From a virus (taxonomy: Duplodnaviria > Heunggongvirae > Uroviricota > Caudoviricetes): 35,289 nucleotides of DNA. The stretch lies in the IMG/VR virus record IMGVR_UViG_3300027963_000050, one strand, 5' to 3'. The position numbers and the translations under genes are program-made. Below, piece by piece: positions 23,967 to 35,200 of this stretch (position 1 is the stretch's first letter; the number at the start of each line of letters is the position of its first letter). The notes under the pieces were generated by a model that was not told the DNA's origin, did no database searches, and saw only the letters and a list, made by a program, of their open reading frames with translations.

Positions 23967-26675
23967 ATGAGTTTTATATTAAAAAATACATCAGGATTAA
24001 TTAACACGAGATTGACCGACATAGGTAGACAAAAACTATCTCAAGGAGGTTTCAATATATCGTATTTTCAAGTTGGAGATAGTGAGGTTTCATATACTTT
24101 AACAGGAACATCATATAATCAATTTAATACTAACATATTAGTACCAAATTTTAATTCTCAAAATGACGCTCCGGGTCAACGTAACAAACAATATGTGAAA
24201 TACCCATATTATGTTGATGGAATTACCGGTAATACTTATGGAATACCATTTTTAGCATCAGTTGTTCAACCTATCTATAATAGAGCCGCTATGAGAGGTT
24301 TTTTTACAGGTGACACAACATTAGATACTATCAATTGGAGTGCGTTAACTAATAGTCAATATACAATCAATTCTAATTATGTTGTTGATATGTCAACATT
24401 AACCGGTAGTACTATTATTGATGTAACATTTTCCGGTTGTAATACTGACATTGTTAGATTACCAATGGTTGGTGACCTAATCACAATTTTCTTTGATGGT
24501 AGTGGGAAAACTAATTGTGACTGTAGTTACATTCCAACACCGGAACCAACACCAACATCAAGCCCCGCACCTGTAAATTATCAAACATATTATGTTACAA
24601 ATTGTAACGGTGTTAGTCCTGACGGTATAATCTCATTACCTAACACATACGGTAGTTGGGAAGTTGTTACAGACATATATAATCAATGTTATTTAGTTAA
24701 TTACCCAATTGGTGGTCCCGCAAATTTAATTTGGAACGGTGGTGATTATGGTAGTAATGAAACTGCTTGTACAACTTGTTTGTCAAGTCAAGTTACCCCA
24801 ACACCAACACCAAGTTCAGGGTTTGCTTGTACCCCACACGTAACACCAACACCAACCTCAACATTCTGTACGACACCAACACCTTATTACTGCCCTCCAC
24901 CGGCACCTGCTGAGTGCGAGATGTCAGTAAGTAGTTGTTACACAATATTAACTTATAAAATTGTTGGTATTTGTGGTACACAAATAACTCTTGATAGACC
25001 AACACCTGATTTTTCAATGTTCAGTGATTGTTGTTATGCTAGAACTATTGTATACCCACCAAATATGACATCATTATATGATAGTGTTACACCTACACCT
25101 CATTGGAAGGAAGATGTAATTAATTTTGAATCTGTATGTGATAGAGACCAATTTGACGTTAAAGTTTGGAATATGAATATTCCTTGGTCAGAAAATCCTG
25201 CCGGTCTATACGATAACGTTAATTTACCTTACCCATATTTTGGCTCCGCATCATATATTGGAGCTAAAGAATATTTTGGTTATATGTCAAATAGTGGTCA
25301 AACATTTATTGACGTAAATGATAATGTTGAACTACCAACTTATTATTTTAATTCATTTGGTAACACGGTTTATGTAGAACCTAAACAACAAAAAGCTATC
25401 GCAATAATTCACTACACTAATCAAAGTATAGATTTCTTTTATGGTGAAAAATTTGCATTAGAACCTTACGATATATCAAACCCTAATAATACAACGGGAG
25501 AAGCAAGAAACTTTAAATTACACATACCAACATTAATGTGGCATAAAAACCCTGAATGTTGTTTTGGTGAAACATTTTATGTTGACCCACCTGATTTTGA
25601 CGAGAAATTAGGATTATTTAAACCCCATTACATAACATCAAAGAAAAACTCAGATATGAATAATCCTGGGTTAAGATATTATCAATTATGGGATACACAT
25701 CCAAACCCAAATCCGGGACCAAATTTTGGTAAACCTAATAGAATTGGTAGAGTATTCCCTGATGACCAAATTATCATTATTGATGATGAAGAAATCATTG
25801 CGGCAATGTCTTACAAATCAAATAGAAACTGGACTTTACCTGCACCAACTATTGGATTAACTACACCTAATACTTGTGGTTCCAATGGTGAAACAACATT
25901 AGGTTTATTAACAGACTCCACAGAATATTTTTATGTAACATATAGATTAACTAACGATAATTCTTACACAAATTCATTACATTGTAACTATTACACCGTA
26001 ATACAAGGACCTGATTTATCTTGTAACCCAACATCTACTCAAAACGTAACAATTAGATTTGGTAGTGAATTTGGTTGTTTAAATCAAATACCTGAGTTAT
26101 CACCATCACCCGTGACTTGTGATTTAACCTCAGGATTCTTTGGTGAAAGATTTGAAATTATTTGTCAAAGAGTCACCGGAGACACTAGACCAAATTCTTC
26201 TGAATGGAAAATTATTGATGTAACATCTCAAATTAGTGGAGATAGTATTAACGGTTATATCACACAAAGTGGTATTACAGGTAATACATTTGTAATCAGT
26301 GAAATTGATTATGAAAACGCACCTTATTATAATTTAGGTAATGATGTGAATAACCCTTCAATTGATAACTACGGATTGTCTTTACCAATTACCGGTCAAA
26401 CAGGCACCACATTAAATTTTGGTGATGAATATTATTTTTATGGTTCATTAGAAACTGATATTCAAGCAACCATTTATGAGATGAGATATAAGATAAATCT
26501 TGGTCAAGCAGAATTTTTAGCTCCCTCAAATCCTAGTTGGAATGTTAACACACCTTCATATATTTCTGAAATTGGTCTTTACGATTCTGATATGAATCTT
26601 ATGATTGTATCAAAGCTACAATCTCCTGTACAAAGACAGGGAATTCAACAGTTTTTAGTAAAATTTGATTTCTAA
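23967..26675 (+). CDS. Putative baseplate / tail-collar-like structural protein with an internal Cys/PT insertion
   Basis: N-terminal RLTDIGRQKL...YFQVGD and C-terminal YISEIGLYD..NLMIVSKL..P resemble the two halves of the phage tail-collar fibre (DUF3751-like) module. Confidence 0.6.
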   Translation: MSFILKNTSGLINTRLTDIGRQKLSQGGFNISYFQVGDSEVSYTLTGTSYNQFNTNILVPNFNSQNDAPGQRNKQYVKYPYYVDGITGNTYGIPFLASVVQPIYNRAAMRGFFTGDTTLDTINWSALTNSQYTINSNYVVDMSTLTGSTIIDVTFSGCNTDIVRLPMVGDLITIFFDGSGKTNCDCSYIPTPEPTPTSSPAPVNYQTYYVTNCNGVSPDGIISLPNTYGSWEVVTDIYNQCYLVNYPIGGPANLIWNGGDYGSNETACTTCLSSQVTPTPTPSSGFACTPHVTPTPTSTFCTTPTPYYCPPPAPAECEMSVSSCYTILTYKIVGICGTQITLDRPTPDFSMFSDCCYARTIVYPPNMTSLYDSVTPTPHWKEDVINFESVCDRDQFDVKVWNMNIPWSENPAGLYDNVNLPYPYFGSASYIGAKEYFGYMSNSGQTFIDVNDNVELPTYYFNSFGNTVYVEPKQQKAIAIIHYTNQSIDFFYGEKFALEPYDISNPNNTTGEARNFKLHIPTLMWHKNPECCFGETFYVDPPDFDEKLGLFKPHYITSKKNSDMNNPGLRYYQLWDTHPNPNPGPNFGKPNRIGRVFPDDQIIIIDDEEIIAAMSYKSNRNWTLPAPTIGLTTPNTCGSNGETTLGLLTDSTEYFYVTYRLTNDNSYTNSLHCNYYTVIQGPDLSCNPTSTQNVTIRFGSEFGCLNQIPELSPSPVTCDLTSGFFGERFEIICQRVTGDTRPNSSEWKIIDVTSQISGDSINGYITQSGITGNTFVISEIDYENAPYYNLGNDVNNPSIDNYGLSLPITGQTGTTLNFGDEYYFYGSLETDIQATIYEMRYKINLGQAEFLAPSNPSWNVNTPSYISEIGLYDSDMNLMIVSKLQSPVQRQGIQQFLVKFDF

Positions 26676-26680
26676 AAAAT

Positions 26681-27280
26681 ATGAAGAAAATACTTAAAGA
26701 AAGCCCTAAAGTTTTAGGGCTTGATGTTTCAACAAAAACTATTGGTGTCGCATTATTTGATATTCAAACTAAAGAATTATTAGAATTAACTCACGTTTCT
26801 CCGATTCCAAAACCAAAGGAAGAAAATAAAATAAAAGAGTTATTACTTAAAGGTGAAATATTTAGAACCAAATTACTTGAATATAAAGATTTAGGTATAA
26901 CTAAAGTGATTATTGAAGAACCTCTATTAAACTCTAATAATGTTTATACAATACAAACACTATTACGTTTCAATACTTTAGTGACTAAGGAGATATACGA
27001 CATCTTTGGAATTGTCCCTGACTTCATTTCAACATATAATTCTCGTAAGTTTGCCTTTCCTGAATTAATCCAATTAAATGATAAAGGTAAATACGTCCTA
27101 TTTGGAGGACTTCCTAAGGACGTTGATAAGAAAATGGTTATATGGGAACTTGTGGCAAAAAAAGAACCTCAAATCACTTGGCAATACACAAGGAACAACA
27201 CCCTTAAAAAAGAAAACTTTGACCAAACGGATGCTTATTGTTGCGTAATTGGTCATATGAAACAAGAAAATATATGGTAA
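26681..27280 (+). CDS. ruvC: RuvC-like (RNase H fold) Holliday junction resolvase
   Basis: VLGLDVSTKTIG, VIIEEP and FDQTDAY acidic catalytic motifs. Confidence 0.8.
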   Translation: MKKILKESPKVLGLDVSTKTIGVALFDIQTKELLELTHVSPIPKPKEENKIKELLLKGEIFRTKLLEYKDLGITKVIIEEPLLNSNNVYTIQTLLRFNTLVTKEIYDIFGIVPDFISTYNSRKFAFPELIQLNDKGKYVLFGGLPKDVDKKMVIWELVAKKEPQITWQYTRNNTLKKENFDQTDAYCCVIGHMKQENIW

Positions 27281-27285
27281 AAAAT

Positions 27286-27309
27286 AACCCACCTTTTGGT
27301 GGGTTTTTT
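27286..27309. terminator. Bidirectional intrinsic terminator between the convergent structural clusters
   Basis: AACCCACC-TTTT-GGTGGGTT stem-loop followed by a T-run on plus and preceded by an A-rich run (T-rich on minus). Confidence 0.88.
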
Positions 27310-27320
27310 ATATTACATAA

Positions 27321-28343
27321 TTAGGGAGTACAAGACTGTACCCTATTTGTATCCACAATACTAGATGCCATAATTTCTTGACAACCATTTTGAGAACAAC
27401 CAACAATAAATGTATTTTCAATCCCATTTTCATCAAGATATTTAACCCAATTATTTATTTCAGGATGGTATATAGGGTCAGGACAAGGAGGTCCAAATCC
27501 TTCATAATAAAATGACTTTAATGGTAGTAATGGTGTACAACTCTGTCCAGTATCTGTTACGGTACCATAACCACAAATAAAGTCTGGATAAGGTTGACCT
27601 GCAGTTATAACATTACCATTAGTTAAAGCACATACTTGATACTGAGTTCCCGTCATTGAACCACCAAAGGTATGAGTCTGAGGAAAACCATCACAATCTG
27701 TCCATTCAACAGCTGCGTGACCATAAGATGGTAACCCACTATTACAAAGTGGATTAACACCACCAACAGTAAATATAACCGTAGTACATCGTGGGAGTGA
27801 ATTACAAGACGTACAATTAGTAAATATAGTATTTAACACAGGTGTAAAATAATTACCTGTAAAGTTAGTCAAATCTGTTCCCGGAGGAAATGGATTTGGA
27901 TTAGTTGTTGTATATAGATATTCATAACAAAAGTAACCATCAATATCATTACCAAATTTAAAAGCATTATTTGGATTTAAACTAACACCATTAATTGGTG
28001 GTACCGGTAATGTTTGAATTACATAATAATCCCTATCACAAATTTTATACACATAATATTGTTTAGGTAATGTTGGACTAGGTGTTGGTGTAATTGTAGG
28101 TGTAATCGTAGGAGTAGGTGTGTTAGTTGGTGTAGGTGTTTGACCCGCAATAACTAATGTACAAGTAGTATCAAATGCCGGAAAATATAAACTATATGTC
28201 CCATAATAATAATCCGAATTATAATCGTATGGTAACACTTGTGAACCAAGATTAACCACCGGACCACCATTATCAGGTGTGAATGTTATTATCGCGGTTT
28301 GCCCGTTATAATTATCTGTCGTTATTTGTATTGTTGTTGGCAT
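27321..28343 (-). CDS. Cys-containing PT-linker mosaic protein (putative virion decoration/fibre)
   Basis: N-terminal beta module, TPTP tract, YVYKIC...CY...CTSC module, WTDCDG module. Confidence 0.7.
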   Translation of the reverse strand: MPTTIQITTDNYNGQTAIITFTPDNGGPVVNLGSQVLPYDYNSDYYYGTYSLYFPAFDTTCTLVIAGQTPTPTNTPTPTITPTITPTPSPTLPKQYYVYKICDRDYYVIQTLPVPPINGVSLNPNNAFKFGNDIDGYFCYEYLYTTTNPNPFPPGTDLTNFTGNYFTPVLNTIFTNCTSCNSLPRCTTVIFTVGGVNPLCNSGLPSYGHAAVEWTDCDGFPQTHTFGGSMTGTQYQVCALTNGNVITAGQPYPDFICGYGTVTDTGQSCTPLLPLKSFYYEGFGPPCPDPIYHPEINNWVKYLDENGIENTFIVGCSQNGCQEIMASSIVDTNRVQSCTP

Positions 28344-28344
28344 A

Positions 28345-31300
28345 TTAATTTAAGATTACATTTGAACTTCCAATAAGTGTTTGTAATGCGGTAAATGCTG
28401 TATCACTTGCCGATGTTCGTTTAGGGGTTCCACTACATTTTATTGAAAATAAAGACCCTCCCGGTATATTAATATATTTAGGTTGAGTATCAATTAATAA
28501 ATTATCAGTTTGAGATTGATTAAACCCTGACCAACCATTAGTAGGTGACAATGATAATGTAAGGAAGCTATTTACCCAATTTCTACCTGAAGTGTATGTA
28601 AAAGTCATTTGTGAAACTATTTCAATACGTGTTACAGGTGATGGTAAATAATATAAATCACCTGTTAAAGTACCAAGAGACTTCAAATACAATTGTTGTA
28701 ATGTACTTGGTAATGTTGATATATCGCCAAATACCGATATAAAATTACTATTTGTCAAACGAATTAAAGTTAAATTAGGTGGGAATCCTGAGATATTCCC
28801 GGTTATTGAAGTATTACCCCGAATATCCAACGAATTTAAAGTTGAGGGTAAATTAGACACATTACCACTAATGGTATTATTACCTTGAATTGATATATTT
28901 TGTGTTGGTGAAGTAAACCCTGATGTATCACCACTAACGGTATTAGCACCATATATCCATATTACTTGTGAATGGTATATGTTAGAAACATCACCACTTA
29001 TAGTATTATTACCTTGAATATCCAACAGAAAACTTGGTTGAGGTAAACCTGATGTGTCACCACTAATAGTGTTAACACCATAGATTTGACATTGATATGT
29101 TGTTTGAGGTAAACCTGATGTATCACCACTGATTGTATTGCTACCTTGAATAACCAAATTTGTCATAATATTATTTGGTAATCCTGATGTATTACCACTA
29201 ATAGTATTAGTACCTGTTATAAGACAATTAGTTAATAATGGTGGTAAATTTGATGTATCACCACTAACATTCGTATTCTGAATATTAAGACCTATTAAAC
29301 TATTAGGTAAATTAACCACATCTCCGGTAATAAATAATCCGTTATAAATACCACTCAAATTCAATAATCCATCTAATTTATTTAACTCAGCTGTTGATAC
29401 CCATAATGACTGAAGCGGGTGTGGTTCAGATTGTGCAGTAAACTCTAATATAGTTGTTAAATCAGTTGATAAAATAGTAATAGGTCCCGTGTATGGTGAT
29501 GAATATGTGTGAGACGCACCAACACTACTACCCGAAAAATATTGAGTTACAGTACCATCACCCCAATTTATTTGAAAATTATTTGTTGAGTTAAATATAA
29601 ACCCTAAAGCCGCTCCAGCTCCATCAACTTGATTAACGCCAATAGCATTAATTATAAACTCTTCTAATGGTGGTGTTGTTTGAATAACACAAACGTTATC
29701 AACATATATTGAACCGCTAGTACCACAAGCATCCCAAGCTGAAATACCAAAACTATTATTTCCGATACAAGTTAATGTTAAATTAATTTGTCCTCCGGAT
29801 TGTATTAATGATGATTCACTAGTCCCCGCAAAAACTTTGACGTAAGCATATTCAGTACAAGGAGCATTATAATATAATGTAAAACTAATATTATATGTTG
29901 CTCCAACAGTTAAAATATTTTGATAAATTGAATTATTAAAATTATCTGTACCACCAAAGTTTGCACTACCTCCATTATTAGGACTCCAAGACCATTCATT
30001 ACCACCAAACTGTGACCACCCATTTAAATTAGTATTAAATGTTGGGTTAGTGATTAAATTACCCGTACAGAAATCCGTTGGTGGTTGAGTATATTCAATA
30101 TCACAATCAAGATTACATTTCTCACAAGAAATAATATACTCAATTCTTAATGCAACAACTACTTTAGAATTATGTAATGATTCTTGGTCACAATTAGTGT
30201 TAATGGTTATAGTGTTATTAGGATAATTAATTATAACATCCCCAATATTTGGATAAGTCTCTAATATTGTCGTAACCGCGGAAAACCATAAGTTATCCGA
30301 CGGATATATTGTTAAACTATTTGAATAGAAAAACGGTGTTGTTGTTAACTCGCCATCAACGGTGACTTGGGCAATAAATGTTGCCGAATCCAAAACACAA
30401 TTAAAGTCATTTGATACTTCATCAAAAAACCCTTCAACATACATTTCTTTTATACCTTTTTTAACATTTCCCCCATCCACAAATGTATCTTCACAAATAG
30501 TGTATGATTTATATGACGAAACTGAATCCCACCCATAAACCGTTATCGTTCTTTGTGATGTACATCCATTAGTATCAGTTATTGTTAAAGTATAATCACC
30601 TTTACCTAACCCTGATATATTTGGTGTTGTTTGTCCATTACTCCATAAATATGTAAATGGTGGTGTCCCGCTAGATATATAGGATTCAACCATACCGTTT
30701 GAACCTGAAGTAGCATCAGTCGCCACTAAACTAAAATAAACTGATTGAGAAGGATTAATAAAAAATTCTTGTCTTTGTAGACAATTAGTTATGGTATCTA
30801 AAGTTGTTGCGGTATAACTACCGGTAGGTAAGTTAGTGAATGTCACACTAGTATTAGAACTTGTTATTGAAGGTCTTGTTGTTATTGTATAAATAAATGG
30901 ACCTACAGAACCATCAACATCTAAAGTTACTAAACCATTAGAACCATTACAAGTCGTTCCCGTAGTTGAGACAATTAAGTCATATAATACCTCATTTAAT
31001 ATCGTATAATCATTTGTAAAGACACAAGTACCTCCTGAGATACTTAGACTGTATGTGCCTGAAGATAACCCATCAAACGACCAACTAGTACTATTTACGG
31101 TAACTGATTCTGTTGTTGTACCATCAGGATATGTTAATGTATAGTTATAAGGTTGACTTGGTCCAAAAATAGTAATTGGATTTAAGGCTCCACTAAAATT
31201 ATTACAAACAGAATTTTGAATTCCAATATTCACGATAGAAAATCCTTGTGGTACCATAATTGATGTACTTCCATTCGCACTACATAAAGCCGCATCAGTT

Positions 31301-32244
31301 ATTAAAACTGAAAATAAACCTGAACCAATATTTTCAAAAGTGTATTCCGTGTCGTATGTTACCACACTATAACCATTTGAACCTGAATAATAAAATGGTA
31401 ATGTCCCACCTGATGTGTAAACTGTTACCGACCCATTATTAATAAAACAATCTGGATTTATAGAACTAAATGAAACAATACCTAATTGAGGTACATCTAA
31501 AACATTTGCGTTTTTTGTAAGAACACACCCTGAACTATCTGTTACTTGGACAGAGTAATTACCTGATGGTAAATCTGTTATAAAATCATTCATCGAATAA
31601 TCCTGCCATAAATACGTATACGGTGGATTACCCGTTAATCCTGTAATATATATCTTACCTGTATTTCCTGTACACCCCGCATTGTTTACAATAAAAAACC
31701 CAAAATCCATTTCTGAAGACGGTTGAATTAAACAGGTTTCTGATTTACCCGTACATCCACCTCCATCATTGGCCACCACATAATAAGTCCCCGCAGATAA
31801 ACTACCAAAAGAATATGTGTTTGTATAACTTGTACCACTAGTGAGATACCCTAATGTATTATGATATAAATAAAATTCTGCATTACCATTATAAACGTTA
31901 ACCGTAGATGCCGTTAACGAACCATTATATAAATCACAGGTAGTGTCTTGGGTTGATAAAATACTTGTACAAGTTCCGGTAGATATATAAAAACTAACAG
32001 GAAAAATAGTACTAGTAGGCGAACAAGTATCAATGACATTAAATGTATATGTACCACCTGACAACCCTGTTTGAGTATACCCTGTAACACCCGCACCTAA
32101 CGCAATTGTACCATAAGATGATGGTTCAATCCATTGTATTGTATAATCAGGAGCGGTACCAAAAATATCAACATTAATTGCACCAAGACTACTATTGGTA
32201 CAATCACCCGTAAAACTTTTTCCAACATTTAAAAAACAACTCAT
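28345..32244 (-). CDS. Large adhesin-like protein: N-terminal SprB-like repeats, CBM-like domain, PKD-like domain, C-terminal LRR-like solenoid (putative tail fibre/receptor-binding protein)
   Basis: G..PYTY.W...L..G.Y...VTD..GC repeats (aa ~20-575); NLITNPTF..NLNGW; FQINWGDGT; NTISGDTSGLP repeats. Confidence 0.8.
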   Translation of the reverse strand: MSCFLNVGKSFTGDCTNSSLGAINVDIFGTAPDYTIQWIEPSSYGTIALGAGVTGYTQTGLSGGTYTFNVIDTCSPTSTIFPVSFYISTGTCTSILSTQDTTCDLYNGSLTASTVNVYNGNAEFYLYHNTLGYLTSGTSYTNTYSFGSLSAGTYYVVANDGGGCTGKSETCLIQPSSEMDFGFFIVNNAGCTGNTGKIYITGLTGNPPYTYLWQDYSMNDFITDLPSGNYSVQVTDSSGCVLTKNANVLDVPQLGIVSFSSINPDCFINNGSVTVYTSGGTLPFYYSGSNGYSVVTYDTEYTFENIGSGLFSVLITDAALCSANGSTSIMVPQGFSIVNIGIQNSVCNNFSGALNPITIFGPSQPYNYTLTYPDGTTTESVTVNSTSWSFDGLSSGTYSLSISGGTCVFTNDYTILNEVLYDLIVSTTGTTCNGSNGLVTLDVDGSVGPFIYTITTRPSITSSNTSVTFTNLPTGSYTATTLDTITNCLQRQEFFINPSQSVYFSLVATDATSGSNGMVESYISSGTPPFTYLWSNGQTTPNISGLGKGDYTLTITDTNGCTSQRTITVYGWDSVSSYKSYTICEDTFVDGGNVKKGIKEMYVEGFFDEVSNDFNCVLDSATFIAQVTVDGELTTTPFFYSNSLTIYPSDNLWFSAVTTILETYPNIGDVIINYPNNTITINTNCDQESLHNSKVVVALRIEYIISCEKCNLDCDIEYTQPPTDFCTGNLITNPTFNTNLNGWSQFGGNEWSWSPNNGGSANFGGTDNFNNSIYQNILTVGATYNISFTLYYNAPCTEYAYVKVFAGTSESSLIQSGGQINLTLTCIGNNSFGISAWDACGTSGSIYVDNVCVIQTTPPLEEFIINAIGVNQVDGAGAALGFIFNSTNNFQINWGDGTVTQYFSGSSVGASHTYSSPYTGPITILSTDLTTILEFTAQSEPHPLQSLWVSTAELNKLDGLLNLSGIYNGLFITGDVVNLPNSLIGLNIQNTNVSGDTSNLPPLLTNCLITGTNTISGNTSGLPNNIMTNLVIQGSNTISGDTSGLPQTTYQCQIYGVNTISGDTSGLPQPSFLLDIQGNNTISGDVSNIYHSQVIWIYGANTVSGDTSGFTSPTQNISIQGNNTISGNVSNLPSTLNSLDIRGNTSITGNISGFPPNLTLIRLTNSNFISVFGDISTLPSTLQQLYLKSLGTLTGDLYYLPSPVTRIEIVSQMTFTYTSGRNWVNSFLTLSLSPTNGWSGFNQSQTDNLLIDTQPKYINIPGGSLFSIKCSGTPKRTSASDTAFTALQTLIGSSNVILN
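28700..29330 (-). repeat. 22-23-aa coding repeats (NT(I/V)SG(D/N)(T/V)S.LP), LRR/solenoid-like
   Basis: CCTGATGTATCACCACT-like units recur at about 66-69-nt spacing on the plus strand. Confidence 0.85.
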
Positions 32245-35200
32245 TTACTACACAATATATTAAAATTTATCCCCACCTTTATATCAAATTTAACCCCAAT
32301 TCTTGAAACATCACAAACTATGTTATAAATTGCAACATTATCAGTCTCCGTAATATAATAGTCATAACCAAAAGTTTCTAAACCATCTAACGCAGTTAAA
32401 AGAGCGGTATTCCACACAGAATCACAAGGTGAACTTGCTCCCGAAAATGTAGGTGTCTCAACACAAGGACTTGGGTTGTAATAACCAACACCATTAAAGA
32501 ATGGTTTTTTTATTTTAAGTTCATTATCAATATATATCTCAACAAACCATTGCGAATTTAATGTACTAGCTGAACAGTTTTCAAACTTATATCCATTATC
32601 TATTAAATAAGCATTTAATAACGTTCCTAACACACCATTAAAAGTCGTCCCTTTTGGATATTTAGAACATTCAACAATTTGTGTCGGACAGTCATTTGCA
32701 AATAAATTAGAAGTTAGTGTACAAGGTGTACAATAAATTGGAATTAACTCACAACCCATTTGTCTTCTCCATACAAATTTTTGTCTATGAAAAATAGAGT
32801 TTTCGTATTTAACACCCGTATTCCATATAGTCGTTGCCGGTATCAATTGTTCTACTAATCTAATCCAATAATCACCTAATCCATCCACATACTCAATCAT
32901 TGTCTTATATGTGAAGTTATCGTTTGGAATACCAGCGATTTTTTCTGATTCTAAATATTTCCAATAAATTGATGATAATGTCGGATAACCACTTGTTTTA
33001 CCGTCAGTATTAAATTGTCTATTTCTAACATTAATTGTGTTTAACCAAAATGTTTGAGCGAACTCAAAAAATGTTTTTCTCTTTGGTTGAGGGTCAATAA
33101 CAGTCCAATCCACACCACCTCTCATTGGATAATCAACATTTGGTGAAGGATTACATTTAGTTGGTTCAACCCAACCTAACCCATTATTTGATATTGGGTA
33201 ATCATATTTTCTTGACATATACCATACATCATACGCTAACCCTTGAGCAGGATTTAAAAATAAATCAATGTTTTTAACATTTATTACTAAATCATCACTT
33301 TCCGTAAAATATAACGCATTATACCCTCCATCAAGGTTACTTCTTAAACCAATTTCATTATCAACCCAAGTTTTGTTATTATCTACCTGAGCAGTTAAAT
33401 TAAACCCTAAATCCGTAAAAGGCAATTGTTTATAATTGTTTAAATATTCTTGACCATATGTATATGGTTTTAAACTTGTTTGATAATTTGGGTTAGTTCC
33501 CGTAAAAACACTATTAGTTAAATCAACCTGTTCAGGTGCTCTATGTTGTGGTGTAGATTCAAACCACCCACTACCCATTTGAAAAAAGTATACATCACTA
33601 TTTTCCGGCATTGACGGATACCCTAAATTATCAATTGGGTACTCACTTAAAGTAACGTTAACATCCTTCATAATAGAAGTTGTTGTAAAACCGGTATACA
33701 CATTTGGAAGTCCGTGAATAGTATACGTGTCTGATGGGTCTAACACTGGCAACTCCCTTAAATAAGTTCCGGTAGATATTTGAGCGTATTGTGTTTCAAA
33801 ATCACTCATATTTATTTTACCATCGGCTAAATAAACATATTCGTTAAATTCAACTAAAGCATCCGGAGCACCAATCAATCTCATTAAAATCTCAATAGAT
33901 TTTCTAGTACCTTTTGATTTAAAAAGATATGCCGAGTTTAGTATTAAATTTCTATAGTATTGATAATTTAATTCATCCGGAGTTGAAGGTTGAGATATAC
34001 CCGCAAAATTTGACGACTCCGTATTTGTTTGACCAAAAACCGAACTTAAAAAATCATCATTAGTAATTGGTGACATATTAATAGACCAACCTAACGTTTG
34101 TGATAAATTCTTTAATAATTGTGATGGTATATCATTACCAACATTATAGTTAACAGAATTCATATATGCCAAAGCACTTACAAATTTATTTGTCTCGTCA
34201 AAACTTCTACCATAAACTTGTAGAACTTTTTCCATTTTTTGGTCAACAGTATCAAAATCTTTAAAAGCACCTGTTGTTAAAAATCTTGAAACTAAATTTG
34301 TTTTATACGAGTCTAACGATTCCCCAATATCATTTAACTTAATTAAATAATTGGTAAATGATGGTGTTAAAATATCTAAATTCCAAGTACCGTATAAAGG
34401 CCAAGTAACAGTTTGATTATATGTATAATAGTTACCACTATCATCCTCTTTTGGGACTTTAAACGTTGCCGTATATAAAGGTGTTATAGTTCTATTTAAT
34501 AAGAAATTTTCAACCTCATCTAAATTCTCGTTTAATACTCTACTAACCTCATAATCATTTGGTCTTACAACTAAATCATCAAAAATTACTGTTTGATATG
34601 AAAAAGGATTCCCTTTAACTGTAATAGTTAAGGTTCCTGTTGATAGAGAGGATGTTGGAACTATTGAACTAACCGTATACCCCGAATTATTATAATATAA
34701 TGAATACTTTGCGTATTCTATTGTCATATCTCTTAAAGGAGAAACAGTAACTTCTCTTAATTGTATATTTCTAGTTGCATTAACTGAAAAATCAATATCA
34801 AATGGATTCCTAATTTTAGCAACATCAAAATCAAAACTAGTTAAGTTTTCAACATCATTATAAACAATGTTAGTAGCAGTTGCACCTGTAACATAATTAA
34901 CACCTAAAAAAGTTGACTCTAAAGCTGCAGGGAATTGACTAATAATTGACTCAACAGAAGTTGATAATCTCTTAACCATAGAACCATATAAGGTGAAATT
35001 AGTAATTTGACTTAAATCAAAATTAGGATAAACCTTAAAATTATTTTCAACAATTCTTTTTGATTGAGCAACATTTTCAAGACCTAAAGTGTCTAAACTA
35101 ATTGGGTCTGAAAAATTACCAGTACTAAATGTTCTGTTAGTTTTCTCAGTTACTGACGTTACAAATTCAAAATTACCTTGCGTTAGACCACCCCCCGTGA

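Noticed and set aside
16323-32096. Short nested ORFs in the structural clusters (16323, 19307, 21765, 22650, 23109, 23397, 24793, 27098, 31260, 31914)
   Set aside because: Shadows of long genes; the V/G-rich ones are antisense readings of TPTP tracts.
17764-32244. Diversity-generating retroelement acting on the adhesins
   Set aside because: No reverse transcriptase and no template/variable repeat pair differing at adenines was seen in this window; one elsewhere in the genome cannot be excluded.
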